64,000 nt of DNA from Vicinamibacteria bacterium (lineage in GTDB: Bacteria > Acidobacteriota > Vicinamibacteria > Marinacidobacterales > Marinacidobacteraceae), in assembly GCA_963668695.2 (NCBI GenBank), contig CAXXLQ010000004.1, forward strand, positions 2,304,001 to 2,368,000, given 5' to 3'. Positions 50,697-58,362 of the stretch are shown piece by piece. Within the stretch, counting starts at the first letter, position 1; each line of letters begins with the position of its first letter. Under the pieces are notes generated by a model. The model ran no database searches. It was not told the origin of the DNA and saw only the letters and a program-made list of their open reading frames with translations. The translations under genes and the position numbers were made by a program.

Positions 50697-50779
50697 TAGG
50701 AGCGCCGGCCAGTTCTCCCGGTGGGGCCTTCAGACCGGCATCGCCCCCCACAGGGGGGCGACACTCCCATCGCTGCCCC

Positions 50780-50845
50780 CTGGATGAGCTCTGGATGAGC
50801 TCTGGATGAGCCCTGGATGAGCCCTGGATGAGCCCTGGATGAGCT
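50780..50845. repeat. Six tandem 11-bp units CTGGATGAGCY
   Basis: Directly visible; flanked by REP-like copies at ~50699 and ~50858. Confidence 0.92.
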
Positions 50846-51051
50846 GTTGCCGCCCGCTGTAGCGCCGGTCTTCAGGCCCCGCCGGAAGAATTGGCGAGCA
50901 GCGTCCCCCGCGGGGGAGCGAAACCCTCACTATCCAACTTCACGGCCCGCGACACCGGAAGCGCGGTGCCCCATCCATCCCAAAGGCGCCGACGGCGCTT
51001 CGCCCTCGCTTGGTACGATCCCACCGACCAACCCCTGAAGGGAGCGATTTC

Positions 51052-51624
51052 TTGGCCAACACCTACGCGACAAACGAGTTCCGCAGCGGGCTCAAGGTCC
51101 TGCTCGATTCCGACCCCTGCGTCCTGATCGACTGCGAGTTCGTAAAGCCCGGCAAGGGGCAGACGTTCACCCGCATCCGCTACCGGAACCTCAAGACGGG
51201 CCGGGTTCTTGACAAGACCTTCAAGTCGGGCGAGAAAGTGGAAGCCGCCGACGTGATGGACACCGAGATGGAGTTCCTCTACAGCGACGGCGGCGAGTGG
51301 CACTTCATGGACCCGAACACCTACGAGCAGTACGCGGCCGGCCGCGCGGTGCTTGATGGCCAGGAGAAATGGCTGCTCCAGGGCATGAACTGCGGCGTCA
51401 CGCTCTACAACGACGCCATCCTGCTGGTTCACCCCCCCCACTTCGTGGACCTCAAGGTGGTCGAAACCGAACCCGGGATCCGGGGGGATACCGCGACCGG
51501 CGGTTCGAAGAACGCCACCCTGGAGACCGGCACCGTGGTGCGGGTTCCGCTGTTCATCGAAGCGGGCGAGGCGCTTCGCCTCGACACGCGTTCCGGCGAG
51601 TACGTGTCCCGGGTAAGGAACTGA
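51052..51624 (+). CDS. efp: Elongation factor P (Lys34 type)
   Basis: FVKPGKGQ, FMDP.TYEQ, PGIRGDTATGG.K.ATLETG..V.VPLFI, DTRSGEY; GGAG RBS before TTG. Confidence 0.97.
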   Translation: MANTYATNEFRSGLKVLLDSDPCVLIDCEFVKPGKGQTFTRIRYRNLKTGRVLDKTFKSGEKVEAADVMDTEMEFLYSDGGEWHFMDPNTYEQYAAGRAVLDGQEKWLLQGMNCGVTLYNDAILLVHPPHFVDLKVVETEPGIRGDTATGGSKNATLETGTVVRVPLFIEAGEALRLDTRSGEYVSRVRN

Positions 51625-52568
51625 GCGAGAGCGGAAGCGGCGGCTGGGGGCCTTCGGCGTCCCTCGCAAACCTCCGGGAGCGCGCCCGGCTGCTGGGGCG
51701 GCTCCGGGGCTTTCTGACCGCCCGCGGTTATCTGGAGGTAGAGACGCCGATCCTCGGGCCTTGTCCCACGCCCGATCGTCATCTCGAGTCGGTTCACGCG
51801 GCTGGCGGCTTCCTCCACACCTCGCCGGAATTCGCGATGAAGCGTCTGCTGGCGGCCGGCAGTGGTCCCATCTTCCAGATCGTGAAGGCGTTTCGCGCCG
51901 GCGAGTCGGGACGGCATCACGCCGTGGAATTCACCATCGCCGAGTGGTACCGCCTCGGCCCGCTCGACGGGTTGCTCACGGAAATGGACCTGTTGCTCGG
52001 AGACCTGCTGGGCACTCCTCGCGCCGAGCGCCGAACCTACCGCGAGCTGTTCCTCGCCGCCGTGGGGGTGGATCCCCTCTCGACGCGGGACGAACGCCTC
52101 CGGACGCTGGCCGAGGCGCACGGCCACCCGGGCCGCCCCGATGATCGAGCCGGCGCTCTCGATTTCCTGTTCTCGCGTCTCGTGGAGCCGGGTCTCGGCG
52201 CTCGCGCCCCGACGATCGTCACCCGGTTCCCCGCCCCGCTGGCGGCGCTCGCCCGACTCACCCCGGACGATCCGCGGACGGCCGAACGCTTCGAGGTCTT
52301 CTGGGGTGGCCTCGAACTCGCGAACGGCTACGACGAGCTTCAGGATCCGCAGGAGCATCGCCGCCGCTTCGCGGCGGAGCAGAGTGCGCGCGCCCGGGCC
52401 GGACGACGCTCTGGAAAAAGCGACGAGCGTCTGCTGGCGGCTCTCGAAGAGGCGGGACTGCCGCGCTGTTCCGGCGTAGCCCTCGGGGTGGACCGGCTCG
52501 TGATGGCGGCGGTCGGGGCTCGGGCGCTGGACGAAGTGATTACGTTTCGGGAGGAGCCGGGTTCGTGA
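51621..52568 (+). CDS. epmA: EF-P lysine aminoacylase EpmA (likely CTG start)
   Basis: W.PSAS, LEVETP, LHTSPEFAMKRLL, FRAGESGRHH..EFT..EWY, ELANGYDEL, SGVALGVDRL; no anticodon domain. Confidence 0.95.
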   Translation: MSESGSGGWGPSASLANLRERARLLGRLRGFLTARGYLEVETPILGPCPTPDRHLESVHAAGGFLHTSPEFAMKRLLAAGSGPIFQIVKAFRAGESGRHHAVEFTIAEWYRLGPLDGLLTEMDLLLGDLLGTPRAERRTYRELFLAAVGVDPLSTRDERLRTLAEAHGHPGRPDDRAGALDFLFSRLVEPGLGARAPTIVTRFPAPLAALARLTPDDPRTAERFEVFWGGLELANGYDELQDPQEHRRRFAAEQSARARAGRRSGKSDERLLAALEEAGLPRCSGVALGVDRLVMAAVGARALDEVITFREEPGS

Positions 52569-52638
52569 CCTTGGTGGCTGTCTCCCTTGCCAGCCGCCCG
52601 GTACACTGGCCGGCTCTTTCCGGGAGGAAACTGTCTCG

Positions 52639-55600
52639 ATGAACACTGGAAGACTTCTTCGCATTCCGCTGGCTGCGGTCCTGATCGGACTCGTCGCCGC
52701 CCCCCTCGCCCTGGGGCAAGGCAGCCATCGCGACTACGACGAGCACTTCGACGAAGCGAACGTCACCGTCCCCCCCGAGTACTACGAAGAGATGCGTTTC
52801 CGGGCGGTCGGCTTCACCCGCGGCGGGCGTTCCACCGCGGCGGTGGGGGTGCCGGGCGACCCGCTTACCTACTACTTCGGGGGAACGGGCGCCGGCGTGT
52901 TCAAGACGGCTGACGCCGGGCACAACTGGACGAACGTCAGCGACGGGTTCTTCGGGGTCGGCGCGGTGGGCGCGATCGCCGTGGCACCTTCCGACGTGAA
53001 CGTCGTGTATGTGGGTACGGGCTCCGCATGCCCCCGGGGGAACATCTCGGTGGGCGACGGGATGTACCGCTCGACCGACGCCGGGAAGACCTGGACGCAT
53101 GTCGGCCTCCGGCACGCCGGCCAGATCGGCGCGATCGCCGTCCATCCCGACAATCCGGATGTCGCCTACGCCGCGGCGCTCGGTTACATCTTCGGAACGA
53201 ACGAGGATCGGGGAATCTTCCGCACCAAAGACGGTGGCGCGACCTGGGAGAAGGTCTTCTTCCTGTCCGACCGCACCGGGTTTGTGGACATCCAGATGGA
53301 TCCGAACAATCCCCGCATCCTCTACGCCGGCGCCTGGCGCGCGGAGAGGAAGCCCTGGACCATGATTTCGGGGAGCGAAGACGGCGGCATCTATCGGAGC
53401 AAGGATGGCGGCGACACCTGGGCCAGAGTGGAGGGCGGTCTGCCGTCCGGGATGGTCGGGAAGACGGCCATCGCGATCTCGCCCGCGAACTCGGACCGCA
53501 TCTGGGCGCTCGTCGAGGTGGAAGGCGACGAGGGCGGCCTCTACCGCTCCGACGACGGCGGGGAGAGCTGGAGCCGGATCAACGACGACGCCAACCTGCG
53601 CCAGCGCCCCTGGTACTACATCCACATCTACGCGGATCCGACGGACGAAAACACCATCTACGGCTTGAACGTGGGCTTCCACAAGTCCATTGACGGCGGC
53701 AAGACCTTCCCCGAGCGCATCCGGGTTCCGCACGGCGACAACCACGACCTCTGGATCAATCCGGACAACCCGATGAACATGATCAATGCGAACGACGGCG
53801 GCGCGAACATCTCGTTCGACGGCGGCAAGAGCTGGACCGACCTGATGGGCCAAGAGACTTCCGAGATCTACCGGGTGTTCGTGGACGACCAGTGGCCCTA
53901 CCGGATCTACGGCTCGCAACAGGACAACAGCACGATTTCGGTGCCGTCCCGCGGCGGCTTCGGCGTGGTCCCTGACTGGTACCAGGTTGGTGGCTGCGAG
54001 AGCGGCCACATCGCGGTGGATCCACGCGACCCGGACATCATCTACGCCGGCTGCTACGGGGGTTCCATCTCACGGGTGAACCGCAAGACCGGCGAGTCCC
54101 GGCAGATCCTCCACTACCCGCAGCTCCAGCTCGGGCAGGCGGCCCGCGACCTGAAGTACCGCTTCCAGTGGAACGCGCCGATCCGGCTGTCGCCGCACGA
54201 TCCGGACATCCTCTACCACGCTTCGCAGGTGGTCCACATGTCCCGGGACGAGGGGCAGAGCTGGACGGTGGTGAGCCCCGACCTGACCACCAACGACCCC
54301 GAGCATCAGGACTACTCCGGCGGTCCCATCACCCACGACAGCACCGGCGTCGAGGTCTACAACACCATCTTCGCCTTCGAGGAGTCGCCGCACACCCCGG
54401 GTGAACTCTGGGCGGGGAGCGACGACGGCCGGGTCCACATCTCCCGCGACCGCGGCACGACGTGGACCGAAATCACTCCGGAGGGCATGCCCGCAGGGGG
54501 GACGGTGAATGTCGTCGAGCTGTCGGCGCACGACCCGGCACGGGCCTTCATCGCCGTGTACCGGTATCGGGAAAACGACTTCCGGCCGTACATCTTCCGC
54601 ACCAACAACGCCGGGGAGAGCTGGGATCTGCTTACCGACGGGACCAATGGCATCCCGCCCACGCACACGACGCGGGCGATCCGCGAGGATCCGGACCGCC
54701 AGGGACTGCTCTATGCGGGAACCGAGTTCGGTCTCTATGTCTCGTTCGACGACGGCGCCCACTGGCAACGGTTCCAGAACAACCTCCCGGTCACCCCGGT
54801 AACCGACCTCCGGGTGCACCGGAAGGATCTGGTGGTTTCCACCCAGGGCCGGTCCTTCTGGGTGCTCGACGACCTGAGTCCGCTGCACCAGACGACCGAC
54901 GAGACGATGGCTGCGGAGTCGGTGCTCTACGCGCCCCGGACGGCCTTTCGCGGCGGTTTTGGGGGTGCGGCCCAGATCCAGTACCACCTGAAGAGCGAGC
55001 CTGAATGCGCGATCACTCTGGAAATCTTCGACTCGGAGGGGAGTGCGATCCGGAAGATCACCGGCGAGCCGGGCGCCGCCGCCCCGAGTGGCCCGGTTTC
55101 GCCGTTCGCGGCGTTCTTCGGCGGCGGTGAGGGTGCCCGCCTGCCGGCGGCGGAGGGCCTCAATTCCTTCCGCTGGAATCTCCGCGGCGAGGGTATCCAG
55201 CGCCCGGCCGGCGTCGTCCACTGGGGAGGCACTCCGGGGCTTCCAGTGCTGCCTGGCGCCTACGAGGTCCGGCTTACGGTCGGCGAGGAAACACATTCCC
55301 AGCCGCTCGAGGTGGCGATCAACCCGAACCTCGCGTCCACCGCCGATGATCTGGCGAAGCAGCGGGAACTGGGCGAAACCGTCGCCGGCGAACTGGAGAA
55401 ACTCTTCGGCGCGCTGAACCGGCTCCGCGACGTCAAGTCCCAGGCGGGTGACATCGTGGGACGGCTCCTCAAGGCAGGGAAGGCCGACGAGGAACTCGGG
55501 AATCTCAGCAAGGCGCTCACCGACCGACTGACCGAGATCGAGGAGACGATCACCCAGACGAACAGCAAGTCGTCGCAGGACCCGATCAACTTCCCGCCGC

Positions 55601-55821
55601 AGATCGACAACCAGTTGGTCACGCTCTACGGCTACATCGTGCAGGCCGACTACGAGCCGACCGCGGGCGCCTACCAGCGCTTCGACGATCTGAAGCCCGA
55701 ACTCGACGCCATCCACGCCAACTTCGAAGCCGCGATGACGGAGCACCTGACTCCGTTCAATGAGCGGGTGGCCTCCCTCGGCGTCCCGGCGGTCCTGGTC
55801 GCCACGGAGGAGAACGAGTAA
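52639..55821 (+). CDS. Secreted VPS10/BNR-repeat beta-propeller protein (glycosyl hydrolase-like)
   Basis: Signal peptide, many S.DGG.TW Asp-boxes, GGAGG RBS. Confidence 0.88.
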   Translation: MNTGRLLRIPLAAVLIGLVAAPLALGQGSHRDYDEHFDEANVTVPPEYYEEMRFRAVGFTRGGRSTAAVGVPGDPLTYYFGGTGAGVFKTADAGHNWTNVSDGFFGVGAVGAIAVAPSDVNVVYVGTGSACPRGNISVGDGMYRSTDAGKTWTHVGLRHAGQIGAIAVHPDNPDVAYAAALGYIFGTNEDRGIFRTKDGGATWEKVFFLSDRTGFVDIQMDPNNPRILYAGAWRAERKPWTMISGSEDGGIYRSKDGGDTWARVEGGLPSGMVGKTAIAISPANSDRIWALVEVEGDEGGLYRSDDGGESWSRINDDANLRQRPWYYIHIYADPTDENTIYGLNVGFHKSIDGGKTFPERIRVPHGDNHDLWINPDNPMNMINANDGGANISFDGGKSWTDLMGQETSEIYRVFVDDQWPYRIYGSQQDNSTISVPSRGGFGVVPDWYQVGGCESGHIAVDPRDPDIIYAGCYGGSISRVNRKTGESRQILHYPQLQLGQAARDLKYRFQWNAPIRLSPHDPDILYHASQVVHMSRDEGQSWTVVSPDLTTNDPEHQDYSGGPITHDSTGVEVYNTIFAFEESPHTPGELWAGSDDGRVHISRDRGTTWTEITPEGMPAGGTVNVVELSAHDPARAFIAVYRYRENDFRPYIFRTNNAGESWDLLTDGTNGIPPTHTTRAIREDPDRQGLLYAGTEFGLYVSFDDGAHWQRFQNNLPVTPVTDLRVHRKDLVVSTQGRSFWVLDDLSPLHQTTDETMAAESVLYAPRTAFRGGFGGAAQIQYHLKSEPECAITLEIFDSEGSAIRKITGEPGAAAPSGPVSPFAAFFGGGEGARLPAAEGLNSFRWNLRGEGIQRPAGVVHWGGTPGLPVLPGAYEVRLTVGEETHSQPLEVAINPNLASTADDLAKQRELGETVAGELEKLFGALNRLRDVKSQAGDIVGRLLKAGKADEELGNLSKALTDRLTEIEETITQTNSKSSQDPINFPPQIDNQLVTLYGYIVQADYEPTAGAYQRFDDLKPELDAIHANFEAAMTEHLTPFNERVASLGVPAVLVATEENE

Positions 55822-55958
55822 CCCCAGCGTGTGGCGCGCAGGCAAGGGACCGCTGGGCAGTTCCCCCGGTGGGGCCCTTCAGACCGGCATCGCCCCGCGT
55901 CAGCGGGGCGATGCCGGGGTCCTTGCGCGCCCGCGTTCGGGTGCGGCGAGGTGACCGC

Positions 55959-56990
55959 TTGATCCTCTCCCGCCGCACTGCGCTTTCGCTGCTCGGGGGC
56001 GTGGCCGCCGCACCGCTAACGGCAGCCCACCGTGCGGATGCCCGGCAGCCGAACCTGATCCGGCCGCCGCGCATCCGTCCCGGCGATGTCTTCGGGCTCG
56101 TGAGCCCGGCCACCGCCGCCTTCGAGACCGACCCGACGGAAATCTTCGCCGATGCCTTCCGGGCGGTCGGGCTGGAACCCCGGCTCGGCCCCAACTACTA
56201 CCGGCGGCGGGGCTATTTCGCGGGAAGCGATGCCGAGCGGGCCGCGGACATCATGGAGTTCTTCGCCGATCCCGAGGTGAAGGGCATCTTCGCCCGCGGC
56301 GGTTGGGGTTCGGCACGGGTGCTCCCCCATCTCGATTACGACCTGATCCGGGCGAATCCCAAGGTGCTCCTCGGCTATAGCGACGCGACGGCGCTGCTCA
56401 CCGGCGTCCACGCGAAGACCGGCCTGGTCGTGATGCACGGCCCCGGCCCCGGAAACGTCTTTTCTACCGACCACTTCCGGCGCACCCTGATGGAAGGGGA
56501 GGCGGGGCTGCTCGAGAACATGGTTCCGGACCCCGGGGACCACATCGTTGCTCGCGAGCATCGGACGCGCACGATCACCGGCGGGAGGGCGAGCGGAGCG
56601 CTCCTGGGCGGGAATCTGACCGTGCTCACCGCGATCATGGGGTCGGAATATCTGCCGGATTTCACCGGGGCCATCCTCTTCCTCGAGGATGTGGATGAGG
56701 CGGTCTACCGGGTGGACCGGATGATGACGACCCTGAAGCTGGCCGGCGTCCTCGACCGGATTGCCGGTCTCATCTTCGGCCGCTGCACCGACTGCGATCC
56801 CGGATCGGGGTTCGGCTCGCTCACCTTGGAGCAGGTGCTCGAGGACCACATCGCTCCCCTCGGTATCCCCGCCTTCCGGGGAAGCATGATCGGCCACATC
56901 CCCGAGCAGTTCACCCTGCCCATCGGTGGCCGCGCCGAAATGGATGCGGACCGAGGGACGATCCGTTTGCTGGAACCGGCCGTCCGGTAG
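55959..56990 (+). CDS. S66 LD-carboxypeptidase with Tat-like signal
   Basis: SRRTALSLL, RGGWGS, LGYSD.T, GGNL, LFLEDV.E..YRVDR, IGH....TLPIG. Confidence 0.92.
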   Translation: MILSRRTALSLLGGVAAAPLTAAHRADARQPNLIRPPRIRPGDVFGLVSPATAAFETDPTEIFADAFRAVGLEPRLGPNYYRRRGYFAGSDAERAADIMEFFADPEVKGIFARGGWGSARVLPHLDYDLIRANPKVLLGYSDATALLTGVHAKTGLVVMHGPGPGNVFSTDHFRRTLMEGEAGLLENMVPDPGDHIVAREHRTRTITGGRASGALLGGNLTVLTAIMGSEYLPDFTGAILFLEDVDEAVYRVDRMMTTLKLAGVLDRIAGLIFGRCTDCDPGSGFGSLTLEQVLEDHIAPLGIPAFRGSMIGHIPEQFTLPIGGRAEMDADRGTIRLLEPAVR

Positions 56991-57096
56991 ACCGCGATCC
57001 GGTGCTGCCGGGGCATGGGGTGGGCGTGCGGGTCGGAGGATCTTGAAGCCTGCGGGCCACCATCCCCTCCGGGTGGCCACTGATTCATAGATCGAA

Positions 57097-57113
57097 ATAA
57101 CTAGTGTTATAGT
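57097..57113 (+). promoter_or_regulatory. Candidate ArsR operator overlapping an extended -10
   Basis: ATAAC-TAGT-GTTAT inverted repeat; TGnTATAGT just upstream of arsR. Confidence 0.5.
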
Positions 57114-57123
57114 CATTTTGGTC

Positions 57124-57522
57124 ATGGCAACAACCGAACCCATAACCGAGGAACTGGCGGCGGCAGCTCTGGCCGCGTTGGGGAATCCAACCCGGCTGCG
57201 GCTCTACCGGCTGTTGGTCCGGGCCGGGCCGTCCGGAGTCCCGGTGGGGGAACTCGTCGGCAGGCTCAAAACGCCGGCCTCGACCCTCGCCCACCACCTC
57301 GCCTGTCTGACCCGGGCGGGTCTCGTCGAGCAGGAGCAACGTGGCCGCGAGGTGCGGTCCCACCCCGACTTTGCCGCCATGACCCGACTGATGAACTTTC
57401 TTACCGCCGAATGCTGCGTGGGAATTGGTTCTCCCGAAATCGCTACGGCCCAACCCACGGAGAATGCTTGTGTCCCGACTTCAACTTGCCCTGAATGTGA
57501 CGAATCTGGAGAAGGCGATTGA
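57124..57522 (+). CDS. arsR: ArsR/SmtB repressor with C-terminal ECC
   Basis: ALGNPTRLRLYRLLVRAGPSG.PVG, STLAHHL..L..AGLV, FLTAECC. Confidence 0.9.
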   Translation: MATTEPITEELAAAALAALGNPTRLRLYRLLVRAGPSGVPVGELVGRLKTPASTLAHHLACLTRAGLVEQEQRGREVRSHPDFAAMTRLMNFLTAECCVGIGSPEIATAQPTENACVPTSTCPECDESGEGD

Positions 57523-57910
57523 CTTCTATTCGCGGATGTTCGCGACCCCGCCGGCGAAGGTGAAACCCGGTTACGCGAACTTCGCCATCGCCGACCCACC
57601 GCTAAAGCTCGTGCTTTTCGAGGGCCCGGAGGGGGCGACGATCAACCATCTCGGCGTGGAGGTCGAGGCGGCCCGCCAGGTACGGGCGGCCGAGGGGCGC
57701 CTGCGGGAGTCGGGGCTCGATACGACGGGAGTGGATGACACCGTCTGCTGCTACGCGGAGAAGACCGAGACCTGGGTCACCGATCCCGATGGCGCCCGCT
57801 GGGAGTGGTACGTGAAGTCGGGCGACGCGGAGCAGCTTCAGAACGTGGTGATCTCGACGGACGGGTCGAAAATGAGGACAGAGGGCACGGAAGGGACCTG
57901 CTGTACCTGA
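57470..57910 (+). CDS. arsI: ArsI/CadI glyoxalase-fold metalloenzyme (candidate C-As lyase)
   Basis: SRLQLALNV...FYS.MF..PAKVKPGYANF.IADPPLKLVL, NHLGVEV, CCYA, WVTDPDG..WEWY; GGAG RBS before GTG. Confidence 0.85.
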   Translation: MSRLQLALNVTNLEKAIDFYSRMFATPPAKVKPGYANFAIADPPLKLVLFEGPEGATINHLGVEVEAARQVRAAEGRLRESGLDTTGVDDTVCCYAEKTETWVTDPDGARWEWYVKSGDAEQLQNVVISTDGSKMRTEGTEGTCCT

Positions 57911-58061
57911 ACGGCGGGCGCCGTTAGGGTGGTCCGCTGAGCACGTTTCGCCCGCCTCCGGCGGGCGGTGCCGGTGTGAACATCGGCGTTCCCTCGCCGT
58001 CGCGCGCTCGACGATGATCGGTCGTATGCGTTCTTCACTGGGCTTCGCCCAGCGGTGCCGG

Positions 58062-58280
58062 CCCCCACCGGGAGAAACCCTCATGATCGGGTCTTCCTGC
58101 ACACCCTCGCCCGTCATGGAAAAGACGCGGCGCGGGTAGCGGGAGCGGCGAGCGGTCGCGCCCTCCGGGACTCGAAGGTGGTGCGGGCCTCACGTTGGCA
58201 TGGCGCAGCGTCATCGGCGCTGGTTTCGCGCTCCCGCGCGATGCCGGTCGGAGACCGGCCCAGTTCTCCCGGTGGGGGCC
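58062..58280. repeat. Second copy of the ~200-bp repeat family seen at 14076-14310
   Basis: Shared sequence blocks; 19-bp module at both ends. Confidence 0.8.
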
Positions 58281-58362
58281 CGCTGTCGCGCGTCGTCGGG
58301 CGGGTTGGTGCGGCCCTCTCCCTCTGATGCGCCGTCCCGTCAGCCCTGCCGGACCTGCGCCC

